The position numbers and the translations under genes were made by a program. Positions 1 to 12,227 of a DNA stretch of 64,000 nucleotides are shown one piece after another; position 1 is the stretch's first letter; each line of letters opens with the position of its first letter. The notes beneath the pieces were generated by a model that was not told the origin of the DNA, ran no database searches, and was given only the letters and a program-made list of their open reading frames with translations. The stretch comes from Octopus vulgaris (lineage: Eukaryota), in contig OX597823.1 of NCBI GenBank assembly GCA_951406725.2, positions 97,898,001-97,962,000 on the forward strand, read 5' to 3'.

Positions 1-439
1 GCAGAAGATACTGATTCAAAGTGCTGTGCTGTATGACTGTACCACATGATTGCAAAATGTGCTTCTTTACCACACAACCATACCTGTGTCTGAATTTTTT
101 CATTCTCTTTTTGCCTTTATTTGAAATTTTTTCATTCATTTTTGGTTTTCATTCGAATTTATATTCTATGTTTTACTTTATTATTTTTTTGTATTTTTTC
201 TAGATTTATAAGTAATATTTGAAGAATTTTGATGGATTCAAATTTTCTGTAAGTTTCAATTTATTTTTTCTTTTACTTTTAATTTCTTCCCATTTAATTA
301 TTATTATTTTTTTTTCGTTTTGCTAGCCACACAGTCTTGAAGCTGGAAATGCTTTGCTGATAGTTGGACCAGTTTATGATTTTAAAATACTGCATTTGTT
401 TGCTATTGTGATGTTTTTGCAGCAAAACAAATAGAATAT

Positions 440-1012
440 TTTGTAACTAGTTTTCTCAACATGCCAGTGTAACATAAAAAGCACCTGTGCTGGTGGCACA
501 TCAAAAGCACCTGTGCTCATGCTGCATAAAAAGTACCCAGTACTCTCTGTAAAGTGGTTGGCATTAAGAAGAGCATCCAGCAATAGAAACCATGTCAAAA
601 CAGATAATTGGAGTCTGGTGCACTTCTCTGGCTGTTGTTGTTTGTTCCTTCTCGAGCCATGCCTGGCTCATAAGGGCCGGTTTCCAGGTTTCTTGGCATA
701 TAGGTTCCCCACCTGGATGGGACACCAGTCCGTTGCAGGTAAGCTGCAAGATGCAGGAGGAAAGAGTGCGAGAAAGTTGTGGCGAAAGAGTCAGCAGAAG
801 TTTCGCCATTACCTTCTGCCAGAGCTGTGTGGAGCTTAGGTGTTTCGCTCATAAACACACACATCGCTCGGTCTGAGATTCGAACCCACGATCCCTCGAC
901 CGCAAGTCCACTGCTCTAACCACTAGGCCATGTGCCCCCACTCTCTCGATGGTCAGTTCCTGTCGAGCCATCTAACCCATACCAGCATGGAAAATGGACT
1001 TTAAATTGTAAT
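440..1012 (+). mobile_element. Diverged RTE 3' UTR copy interrupted by a minus-strand tRNA-derived SINE (about 684-936)
   Basis: gtggttggcattaagaagagcatccagc...cttctcgagcc, resuming at cctgtcgagccatctaacccataccagcatggaaaatggac. The insert ends gattcgaacccacgatccctcgacc...ctctaaccactaggcc (reverse tRNA head). Confidence 0.65.
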
Positions 1013-1212
1013 GAATCTATATCCTCTCTTTTCTCCTACAGTTACTATAGTAACTGTTATTTTGATCTTACTGCATTTATTCTCCACTTCCAGATAAACT
1101 TACTCATTGCACCTATTGCTCCTCTCTTCAAACCTATGCTGTCTTTCCTACAACTTTTAAAGAAACTTTATCTGCATTTTTTTATACAAGGACCATCAGC
1201 AAATTCTTTTCC

Positions 1213-1378
1213 TCATGTAGCTGTGTGGTAAGAAGTTTGCTTCCCAACCACATGATTCCAGGTTCAGTTTCACTGCATGGCATCTTGGGCTAGTGTCTTC
1301 CATTATAGCCTCAGGCTAACCAAAGCCTTAGGAGTGGATTTGGTTGAGGGAAACTGAAAGAAGACTGTCATATATACA
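1213..1378 (+). mobile_element. tRNA-derived SINE 5' part (other copies at about 5970-6050, 16770-16865, 42130-42250 and 56060-56400)
   Basis: A/B-box-like gctgtgtggtaag..ggttcagt, followed by the conserved cttgggc..gtgtcttc..tatagcc body. Confidence 0.7.
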
Positions 1379-2114
1379 GTAATAAGAATTAGATGGCCAT
1401 GGCTGGAATGCTTTTTTTATCATAAGTTTGCTCTGTCATAGCTGGCCAGGATATGAATAATAAGTTTGTAGATATGAAAAGCAAGTCTAAAAATGTCATG
1501 TAGAAAGCAAAAAAAAAAAAAAAAAAAAAAAACTAAAAGAAATGGTCTTGGAAATGGTTGTTATATAATTTAGAAATATTTTTCTCTGTAAATTTCATAT
1601 CAGCCTTCTCTCCTGCCAAGTATAAAAAGCATTTGTGTGCAAGGTGTTTTATGAGCAAAAAAATATGTGTGTGCATGTGCAGGTATTTTATGTGCAATGT
1701 TTATCTGAATTTGTGACAGTTTGTACAAATTTACAATGAGATGGGTAGAAAGATGGAGGGAGGTAGGGGGGAACACCCTCCATAAAAGCTAGAAGAACAA
1801 CAGTAAATGTTTGTATGTGTTTCCCTGTCTGATGTGTGTATATTTGTTTTAATAACAAACCAACGTTGATAATCAATTTTATGAACTGTAACGATAAGGT
1901 AAAGAGGTTTTTCTTTTAGCTCTGTATTTATAATAAACATGTTCGTGTGTGCACATATGCATGCATCTGTCTGGGTGTAAATGTATAAATGTATTTCAAT
2001 CTGTCTATATATGGGTACAGGCTTGGCTGTGTGATTGAAAAATTAACTCCCAGACAAAGTGGCTTTAGGTTTGATCTCATTGCATACATGTAGTTGGTGA
2101 GTCTATGTATCTAC

Positions 2115-2520
2115 ATCATCATCATCGTTTAACATCCGCTTTCCATGCTAGCATGGGTTGGACGGTTTGACCGGGGTCTGGGAAGCCAGGAGGCTGTACC
2201 AGGTTCCAGTCTGATCTGGCAGCGTTTCTACAGCTGGATGCCCTTCCTAACACCAACCACTCCGTGAGTGTAGTGGGTGCTTTTTACATGCCACCGGCAC
2301 AGGGGCCCGATGAGGCTGGCAAATGGCCATGATCAGTTGGTGCTTTTTACGTGCCACTGGCACAGAAGCCAGTCAAGGCGGCACTGGCATCGGCCACGTT
2401 CGGATGGTGCTTTTAACATGCCACCGGCACGGAAGCCAGTCAAGGTGGAATTGGCATCGGCCATGTACGGATGGTGCTTTTAACATGCCACCGGCACAGG
2501 TATCACAACTACAATTTTCA
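2115..2520 (-). mobile_element. RTE 3' UTR-only copy
   Basis: (CAT)n-cgtttaacatccgctttccatgctagcatgggttggacgg..., with about four internal gtgcttttacgtgcca units. Confidence 0.85.
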
Positions 2521-2784
2521 TTTGATATATTGATACTACTTTGTAGTGGACATTAAGTCTCATTAGATTCACTTAGCGATATCTCTTCTTTTTTTTAAAA
2601 CCCCTTTTTGGAACTACCTTAATTACTAAGCAAATGCTTTGTTGGGAAACATTAAAAATCCCCACCCCAAAAATTTCAGGCCTTGTGCCTGCTGCAGAAA
2701 GGATTGTTGTTGTTGTTATTGTTACTACTAGTGGTGGTAGTGGTAGTGGTGGTGGTAGTAGTAGTAGTGGTAGTGGTAGTAGCA

Positions 2785-3200
2785 AAGTGGTGAGCTGGCA
2801 GGATTGTTCGTATGCTGAGCAAAGTGCTTCATCTTTACATTCAATTCTGTCCATGGTCGACTTTACCATTCATCCTTTCCAGGTTGATAAAATAAGTACC
2901 AGTTGAGTACTGGGGTCAATGTAATCGACTTGCCCCCTCCCCCGAAATTGCTGGCCTTGTACCAGAATTTGAAACCATTATTACTAAGGTGGCGAGCAGG
3001 TAGAATCATCCGTACATGGGGCAAAGTGGTCAGCTGCATTTTGTCTGTCTTTACATTCTGAGTTCAAATTCTGCTGAGGTCAGCTTTGCCTTTCACTCTT
3101 TTGGTGTTGATAAAATAAGTATCAGTTGACCACTGGAGGGTCAATGTTACTGACTTAGCCCTCTCCAAAATTGATAACCTTGTACCAAAATTTGAAACCA
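2785..3200 (+). mobile_element. Two tandem SINE copies of a second family (also at about 3852-4050, 7385-7615, and 62150-62370 on the minus strand)
   Basis: ggtgg.gagctggcagaatc..ttctgagttcaaatt..gactttgcctttcatcctttcggggtcgataaa..agtaccag central domain, repeated through the window. Confidence 0.75.
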
Positions 3201-3244
3201 TTATTATTATTATCATCATTATTATTATTATTATTATTATTATT

Positions 3245-3805
3245 GAGTGGGAGAGCAATGCATGCCATCAAAGTGACACTGGGGTGAAATATACGAAGCC
3301 CAGTATACCCATCATGACTACCCGTGTGATAAGGGTACATTAGGCACATGCATCACAACCATATGTGCGTGACATGGTGATCTCATATCAAGATAAATAG
3401 TGCATGGCCTTGCAGGTGGGGCCCAGTTAGAATTTTCTTCTGGTCGAGTAACCCATCCTGCTCAAAAGGTCCCCTGAATAAGGGTTGTTTAAGGATGTTG
3501 AACGAAACACTCATGTTTCCAGAGGTGAATTATTCAAGTCCCAAAGAATCCCTCTCAACACATGGCCATGTTGCTCCCCCACTACTTCTGTTTGTGATCA
3601 GAGATGCACATATCGTCAGCCACCAAGGGACATGCTCAACTGGTTACGGTCAAACAACTGACAAGCAAATCTATGGTATTGAGCAGAATATTTGCTGTAG
3701 CCCATCTTTTATACCAAGACAAAACAATGTACAGGATAACACTTCCAATCAGTTAAGATCAAAAGCCATGAGAGCCACTGTCTGGTACTGCATCGGGGCA
3801 TTTTA

Positions 3806-3806
<1 letters not shown>
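3245..3806. repeat. GC-richer ~560-bp insert between two (ATT)n tracts; probable interspersed repeat
   Basis: Sharp composition change and (ATT)n on both sides. No recognisable protein. Confidence 0.45.
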
Positions 3807-3844
<38 letters not shown>

Positions 3845-4661
3845 CATTATTAAGGCAGCAAGCTGACAGAATCATTAACATGCCTAGCAATATTTCATTT
3901 GTCTTCATGTTCTGAGTTCAAATTCCAATGCTGGTACTTATTTTATCAGAACCAATAAAATAAGTTCTAGTTGAGGACTGGGATTGATGAAATTGACTTA
4001 CCCCCAACCCCTGCAAAATTTCAAGCCATATGCCTATAGTAGAAAGGATTACTACTACTACTACTACTAGGAAAAAAATAACTGAGATGGTGTCAGCTTG
4101 AACACAGGTCTTCATGTTCACAGCTGGATCATAAAGCCATCTTGTTCACAGTTCTCCAGGGACTTAAGAAGCAACAAACATTACATATATACAAGCTCTA
4201 CCTTGTGAACTAACAAGGATGTATCTGTGTAGTTGTCCAATCTTCTAGAAATAGCATTCAAATTACACTCTATCATCATGAACATAGTAAGAACACATTG
4301 GATAATGTACTCCTAGATGTGTTTACTTTTGGGAGAAAAGACAGAATAATAATCACAGTTGCAATACCTTTCATTATAAGTCTGCTCAATCAGATAGGTT
4401 TGGAGTTAAACAATAACAACAACCCATTAAAAATAAAAAGTAAAGAAAAAAGATTCTTCTCTCTTTCACTGTCCCATGGATCTTTTCTCTAGAAATGTCT
4501 TATTAATCACAGTTCTCCACCATCTCTGGTCAATTATTTTTCAATGACAACACTGTACTCTTACATAATATTTATTTATAACACTCTTAATTTTCTTTTC
4601 AGAAACTATTGAGGTGACATTTCAAGTCACTTGAGATGTCTTGTTATTTTTTAATTTTTCT

Positions 4662-4699
<38 letters not shown>

Positions 4700-7318
4700 G
4701 TGTCTACTTTCTTGCAGGTCATCATATTTTAAATATGTAGCAACTGAAAGTAACCATGCATTCATTGCTTGATTTTAATAATAGAATAACCACTGGTTGC
4801 TGTTGTTGTTTAGCCCCAGGCCAGCTGGTCAATTGAGCAGAGTTCATTCTGTCTTTCATCATACACTGTCAGTTGTTGTGGTTACTGCTGTTTAGCTCAA
4901 AGTCGAAATGGATCTGTAATCAGAAATCATTCCAGTTATGGACATCCTGTTCCCTCCCCAACCCCAGCCCCTTGCCAGCTGTTATGTCTAGAACTGTGTC
5001 GTTATTCAATGTTTTTTCCTTCTTTAACCCTTCTGTTGCTATCTTCCTTTCAAATTACACAGTTTTCATTTCAATTAAATTTGAAAATAATTTTGTCATT
5101 ATTTCGGTGGTGTTTGGAACATAAATAAGTTAACAGGAAATTTTGATGGAAGGCAGTTTGTATCAGAGAACCAAGGGTATTTTCAGGCAGGATGCAGGAT
5201 GGTATCAAAATGGTTAGGAAAGCAGAATGTGAGATCAGCTAAATATGACTGCTATTTCTAGTCAGTTAAGCAACCACATAGGGGACACCTTGTGGTTTGT
5301 ACTACTAATAATAATATGCTGAAAGTGAAGCCATAAAATATAGTGTTTCGTAACCAGTCACTACAAATAGTTCCTAGTCTTTAATCTAAGATTTGCATGG
5401 TGAAACTCAACTATCAACCATATAACAAACCTCTTTATAATAAGGTCATATCTCACTGCTGTCATTGTGTGCTGTGCACCTGAAGAAAGCATCTAAATTT
5501 GTTAACTCTGGTTGTAATATGTAGCACCGGCCTTTGTAGGTAACCTGATTGTAGGTAACTGATTGTTTTGTTTAGGTGACTGCTTACATGCAATGGTTGT
5601 GTTCAAATAGATTGTTTGAATGGTTATTTCCATGCAGCAGCTGTGCTCCAACACACAGATAAGACTACCTGACAATGTAGCCATGCTTTCAGGTACATAA
5701 AATGAAAACCAGATAATTAATATTTAGGAAAGGTGCAAGCAGGGACAGTGCAAAAAAAAACAAGAAAAAGGCAATGAGCAAAAGTTCAGTGTACTTGTGC
5801 TGTGGAAGGAAAGAAAATAGAAGTAAAATGAAAGCCAATACTTTTGCTGGGAAGCATCTAATCTGGCACCGTGCCATCTTTGCAACAGTCTACTTTCTCA
5901 TTTCCTTTCATCATCATCAACATTAATAATTTTTCTATTATTAAGCTCATAGTTTTTATTTTTACCAAATAGGTAAGTAGCTTGCTTACCAACCACATGG
6001 TTCCGGGTTCAGTCCCACTGCATGGCACCTTGGGCAAGTGTCTTCTACTAATGCTGTTCCCTCTCCATTCATTTCACACCCTGGACTAGATGTATTTTCT
6101 CATGTCACCTGTTGTTTGGTGATTACCTGTGATAGAATTAACAAGTACTCTCTTAACTATTTTCCTGTTTCTCCACTGCATTCCCTACATACAGACTCCT
6201 GCTACTCTACCAACACATACACACATCCATACTAACAAGCACATACTATTATGTCTATACCACAAGCACACATACATATGACAGTGCATGCACACATACA
6301 CACTCCCTCTTTCCCTTTCCTTCTCTCTCTCTCTGTCTCCACAGATCCTATATTCATTCCTTCAATGTAATTAAATCTGATACAGATTTCTCAACTGTAC
6401 CTATTGATTTTGAAACAATAACTTATCTTCATTATCCTCAATTAAAACAGATTAGCAGTAAGCTAGAGTAACAATATATAGTCAGTAATATATAGTGACT
6501 ACTATACTGCCATCGTACCAACTATAGTAATATATAGCCAACTGCTGTAATACCAATTGTAGTAATATACAGGAGTAGACAGTCACTAGTGATACTAAAT
6601 ATCCTATGATGGTAGTCTCTGATAGTCTGAGAAAGACGGTTCTGCTGTTTCTTGCTGAGCAACCTGCACAAATGATTTGTTTATAATGATCACATGTGCT
6701 GTGCTGTACATTTGCTCACTGCCTCTATCAAATTGACATTACCTGAACAGGTGCACAGGAGTGCCACATAGCAGGTGCCAAAGGGATCGCAGAGAAATAC
6801 AGGATGAAGTGTTTTGCGCAAGAACACAATGCACCATCCAGTCCAGGAATTGAAACCAAGATCTTGCAATCATGATTGCAACACTCTAACCACTGGGCCA
6901 AGCACTCTCCAAATATTATATGTGTATATTTAAACATCCATACATATATGTGTGCATGCACATGCGTGCATACACACACACACACACACACACGGTGATA
7001 TAAAATCTACTGCTTCTTTACCCTTATCTACCAACAGCTTATATTTTTCCTTCTTAAATTGTAGTTATGTCTATGTGTGTGGGTGTATGTCATAGACAGA
7101 AGATTGCATGTATGTAAGAGTGTGTGTATGTTTGTATATGTATGTCATGTTTTTCGCATTCAGTGTCATGTGTTTGGCATTCGTCAACTACGTAACTCTT
7201 ACCAAAACCCCTGTCACTGCTTGTCAATTTCAGTGTTCCTCTGTTGGCTTGAATTTTTTTATCTTAACGCTCTTTGTATCTCTTTTACTTTCTCTCACCA
7301 TCTCTTGAGTAATATAAA

Positions 7319-7359
7319 ATGTGACTGGAGAAATCAGCTAACAAACCAATTTATATCAG
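7319..7359 (+). other. Candidate first coding exon of the glutamate carrier, with an in-frame TGA at codon 2
   Basis: aaaATG TGA CTG GAG AAA TCA GCT AAC AAA CCA ATT TAT ATC AG|gtatga. The phase-2 donor is what exon 48511 needs, giving M*LEKSANKPIYIR|LVPK (human MADKQIS|LPAK). Lies in non-repetitive sequence. No transcript evidence available. Confidence 0.35.
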
Positions 7360-8672
7360 GTATGATTATATAGATTCAGAACGAAGGTGGCAAGCTGGCA
7401 GACATGTTAGCGGGCTGGGCAAAATGCTTAGTGGTATTTCATCTGTCGTCACGTTCTGAGTTCAAATTCTGCTGAGGTCAACTTTGCCTTTCATCCTTTC
7501 GGGGTCGATAAACAAAGTACCAGTTTTGTACAAAGTACCAGTAATCGACTTAATTCCTTTGTCTGTCCTTATTTGTCCGCTCTATGTTTAGCCCCTTGTG
7601 GGTAATAAAGAAATATATATAGATTAAGACCAATAGAATAAGTACTAGGATTACAATGAATAAGTCCTGGGGTCGATTTGCTCAACTAAAGGCAGTGCTC
7701 CAGCATGGCCACTGTCAAATGACTGAAACAACTAAAAGAGTAAAAAAAAAAGAGTGAATAGTTGCAGAATTTTGTGCTTCATCAATATGTCCATATGAAT
7801 GTAAATATATTTGTGTGTGTGTATGCATTAGTTATATAAATATATATACATATTCTTGTATATATATATATTTGTATGTATGCATGTTATATCTGTGTGT
7901 AGAGAGAGAGACTTGTAAATGTATTTGTACGTATGCATATGTTTAACTAAAGCAAACAGGATTACAAGCATGTTTAAACATTTTGTTGACCTTATGCATA
8001 CTTTACACTGATATAATAGGCTGTGCCTGCTTTTAACACAAAGGCACATAGACTACTTTATGTGTGTAAGGAATCTCAGTTAAACCAAATATCTACTTAT
8101 TATGCACTGTTCACCTGTCTATGCATTTGTAAATGTAAGATATTCTAATTGATTGGTAAGAAAGTATTCATGAAAACGGCTTGGATGGGGGGATTGCCAA
8201 TCATTCTTGATACTTGTTTAATGCCAAACAGAATTGTAGAATCCCTACTCGTTGCTGCTATCACTATCTTTTAAAACCCAACAGCCAAGCAGTAAAACCT
8301 ATATAGTTATACATTTAAAAGACATTCGTATGTGTTTGTTTTACGTTTGCTTTTCCCATGCCAGCTTCATCTGGACATCTGGCACTGTTTTACAACCAGA
8401 TGCCCTTCTTGTCAATAGTTCTTACCTGTTTTACGAATAATGGATATTTTATTCCATTCATCTTTGAGAGAACTGAGCTGCAAGATAAGTTGTTAACAGG
8501 GAATGTCAAAAAACATCACCATTATAAATACATACACACACATATATATATATGTATGCATGTGTGTGTGTGTACATGTATATATATATATTAAATTGAT
8601 ATGAATAAATATTAGACCTTGATCTTAGCCATAAGACTTGTAGATGCCTGTGTGTGTGTGTGTCTCTCTCTC

Positions 8673-8706
<34 letters not shown>

Positions 8707-8904
8707 AAGAGCTATAAGAAAATGGAGGGGATCAATAGGTGGTATTCATCAACTTTTAGACATTATATTATGTCAATTTATTCATTTACTAAAAGGACAA
8801 TTATAACAATATACATACATGTATAACATATGCTTTACATATAAAATATATAAAATATCAGTAATTATTAAAATATGTAACACAGCAATAGAAATTGGGA
8901 TAAT

Positions 8905-9028
8905 ATCTTACAGCTGTTTCAGCCAAGAGGTAAAAATACCTCATGCTACTTTTATCCCTCCAGTTGACTGAAGTAATTAGTAGATGAAATTGAGGTACTT
9001 GGGTGTTTCTCTAGGCTTCGTCAGAGAT
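8905..9028 (-). ncRNA. Type I hammerhead ribozyme motif with a long stem II insertion
   Basis: Reverse complement reads ATCT-CTGACGA-AGCCTAGAG..(about 80 nt)..CTCTTGGCT-GAAA-CAGCTG-TA-AGAT. Canonical core, palindromic stem III. Confidence 0.7.
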
Positions 9029-9456
9029 TTTTAGAAAGTACATAAGGTTAAGTTATAAATATAAATACACGCATATATACATACTTTTACATATACATAC
9101 ATATACATAAATACATATACCTACACTTAAATGTACATGCATATGTGCATGTATATGCATACAAATGAATCAATTATTATTATTATTATTACATGCATTA
9201 TATTCATATCAGATAAAATATAAACAGAGGTATGAGAAAGTTATTATAAGAGAAGTGATGAATATCACCTCCATTTTCTTATTGCTCCATAAATTAATGG
9301 TAAAATAACTTTTTACCCTCACCCATTTATTACACTCGGCAATGTAATTGCCATGCAATTGAAAAACAATTGTGTATTAATGATTGGGTATTCTACCAGC
9401 AGTATATTGGATAGATACTATCCCTTAGTTGGTTGGATTCATAATCTCTTTCTTGG

Positions 9457-9490
<34 letters not shown>

Positions 9491-9498
<8 letters not shown>

Positions 9499-10312
9499 AG
9501 AAATTAAATATAAATTACAAAATGGGACAAGAACGTAAAAACACACAAAGAGACGGCACAAAAAAACAGACGGGTCATTCGAAGCCTCTAATCTTCAGTC
9601 GGGAACCGGATCATCTTAGCAATTTCGGCTGATTAATCCTCGATATCGCTCCGATACGGCCAGCCCCAAAGAAAAACTAAGCTATGGGCATTAGTTTTCT
9701 TGGAAAGAGGATCAAATGTATACGAAACAAGGACAGGATGCCACATGAATATAAATACAAGAAACAAAAAATAGAAATAAAAAACAAGAATAGTAATAAC
9801 AGGACAAAACAGTGGGTGTCTTACAACTTCAGACAATTTTTAACTTATCTTGGCTGGCGTATTTGAAAAAATGCCTTTGCGGCAAACGAGGACAACAGTG
9901 TTAACGTGGCAGTGGTCAAGCCGGAAAGACCAGTTTGAAGGTGGTCACGTGAGAGGACGGAAGAAAGAGAAAGAAAAGCAGAGGGCAAGGAATCAAAGAG
10001 AGAGAGAGAGAGAAAGAAAGGGACGAAGGCACCAAGGGGGAGAGAGAGAGAGAAGGAAGGAATTAAAGAGGGGAGAAGAAACAGGATTGGCTTAGCAATA
10101 GAAATAATGGTGCAAAGTAAGAAAGACGGAGAAATGTGATAGAGTGGGGGAAGAATCAGAGGCAAGGAAAGAGAAAGACACAGACTATAGAAAAAGTGTG
10201 TGTATAGACGTCGTACAAGGTGGAATATGCATACATAGGAGATAGGGGTACGTTACGCCGCAATACTATATGTATAGAAATTAAATATAAATTACAAAAT
10301 GGGACAAGAACG
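9491..10312 (-). mobile_element. Non-coding ~820-bp element bounded by 45-bp direct repeats (9491-9535 / 10268-10312); probable partial-tandem PLE pseudo-LTR
   Basis: atatgtatagaaattaaatataaattacaaaatgggacaagaacg occurs twice. Abuts (TA)n. The purine-rich middle is the complement of the pyrimidine-rich UTR type seen in the other PLE remnants. Confidence 0.5.
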
Positions 10313-10317
10313 CAAAA

Positions 10318-10508
10318 AGAGACGTAAAAAGCACCCACTACACTCGCGGAGTGGTTGGCGTTAGGAAGGGCATCCAGCTGTAGAAACTCTGCCAGATCAG
10401 ATTGGAGCCTGGTGCAGCCATCTGGCTTCCCAGACCCCGGTCGAACCGTCCAACCCATGCTAGCGCGGAAAACGGACATTAAACGATGATAATGATGATG
10501 ATGATGAT
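10318..10508 (+). mobile_element. RTE 3' UTR-only copy
   Basis: acgtaaaaagcacccactacactc..gtggttggcgttaggaagggcatccagctgtagaaac..(GAT)n. Confidence 0.85.
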
Positions 10509-10520
10509 ATATATATAAAT

Positions 10521-10795
10521 TTTCAGAATGAGATAAAAATCCAAGGCTGTGAAAGATTTCAAAACATTTATAAAGGGGTCTTACATCTGTTTCCGGGATA
10601 TTTTATATATCCCTTCATCGGCGACAATGTGAGAAAATGGTTAAGCATATCTTATCTAGAATAACTATAGCTTAACCATTTTCTCACATTGTCGCCGATG
10701 AAGGGATATATAAAATATCCCGGAAACAGATGTAAGACCTCTTTATAAATGTTTTGAAATCTTTCACAGCCTTGGATTTTTATCTCATTCTGAAA
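10521..10795. repeat. Inverted repeat with 126-bp arms (10521-10646 / 10670-10795), each arm carrying a hammerhead motif; inverted PLE pseudo-LTR remnant
   Basis: Arms are reverse complements with one visible mismatch. + strand motif at 10691-10738: GTCG-CCGATGA-A-GGGATAT-ataaa-ATATCCC-G-GAAA-CAGATG-TA-AGAC. Confidence 0.85.
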
Positions 10796-10959
10796 TTTTT
10801 TTTTTAAATATACACATGCTGATAGATGACCTACATTGGACTCCTCATTTGTGTAATCACCGAACTTAGAGCTTAACTATTGTCTGTCCGTAGCACTTAC
10901 TCAGCATTACCTGACACCTTTGGGTCTTACTGACACCATTACCTCTCATAACCTCTCAT

Positions 10960-11007
<48 letters not shown>

Positions 11008-11044
11008 TTTATATATATATATATATATCTCATCTCATCTCATC

Positions 11045-11509
11045 TCACTATATATAAACGGCAGTTTGTCTGTCTGTGTGTCTGTCAGGTTGTACCCTCA
11101 CCCTGACCACGGCTTTCAACCGATTCTGATGAAACTTGACACACACATAGCCCAATGTCATAATTCAAAACTAACACAGCAAAAATTTTGAAAAGTTCCC
11201 CCAGTTCTGAAAAAAAATCGATAAATTCGACATGGGTCGAGAATCTAAGCTTTTTATATGCAACACGTTTTCTACAGACTGTCTAGGGGACGCAACTCGA
11301 CCTTTTTAACTCTCAGAACACGTGGGGTAAATATACCAAAATGTATAAAAATGTACAAAAACGGCAAAAAAGCGGGCAGCAATGTGAGTGACAACAACGA
11401 AAAAGTCAAAAGTGACCAAACTGAACAAACGAATGGAAAAGGTTTTTTGGTGCACACGACAAAAGCGGTTTATAATACATACCTGGGCAACGCCGGGCTA
11501 TGCTGCTAG
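11045..11509 (+). mobile_element. Non-autonomous Helitron-like element
   Basis: 5' TC(a)ctatatataaa with a (TGTC)n-like tract and accgattctgatgaaactt. 3' GC-rich hairpin cctgggcaacgccggg, then CTAG|T. A second copy is at 33670. Confidence 0.75.
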
Positions 11510-11637
11510 TATATGAATAATCCAAAGTGTACAGTACTATATATCCATTATGGCTGATCTTACCAATTGGTTTTGCGCTAGGGATTCAACAGAGTGTTAG
11601 GTAGCAATTTGATTATGTAAACCTCTCTCTCTCTGTC

Positions 11638-11719
<82 letters not shown>

Positions 11720-12227
11720 TCAACAGATGAGATCCAAAAATGCTCAGTATAGAAATCGCTTAGTAGCACTCAAATAATTTGAACTCACACTCTGAAATCT
11801 TTACTGAGGACTAAATCTGTGGACTTAGTCCTCAGTAAAGATTTCAGAAGATATTTATACAAGGGGGTACCCAAAAGTAAGTGGAAACATTCTCTGTGGA
11901 CAAACCCGCTGTAGTTCAGGCTTCCTCTGCTGTTTTTGTATATGTCGAATAGTATTATAACAAACCCTTTTGATGTATACATACACACACACACATATAT
12001 GGTTGCTTAGACTGCTAGAAATATTCTTGTAGTAGAAATAGCAGTAGGTATGAATGCAGATCTGCAGTGACCGGAGGGATACAAGCCGACTATGGTCTAC
12101 TGATTGTGTAACATAAATTTATGACTTTGGTACCTATTTGTAGTTCATATAAAGAGTGTGACTTCTGCAAGGCCTGAACAAAATGCAGCATAAATAATAA
12201 AAAAAGAAGGGATATGTTCATTTATAA

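Noticed and set aside
860-936. tRNA-like sequences here and at about 43340-43419, 6840-6905 and 1215-1280
   Set aside because: They are degenerate SINE heads attached to repeat bodies, with no intact cloverleaf.
5474-5527. Possible old hammerhead (GTGC-a-cCTGAAGA..GTAA-TATG-TA-GCAC); similar weak trace at about 60742-60777
   Set aside because: The GAAA or CUGANGA core is broken and stem II is weak, so it is too degenerate to call.
7322-7324. Selenocysteine reading of the TGA in the candidate first exon
   Set aside because: SLC25 carriers are not known selenoproteins, and the 3' UTR (SECIS) is outside the window, so there is no support.
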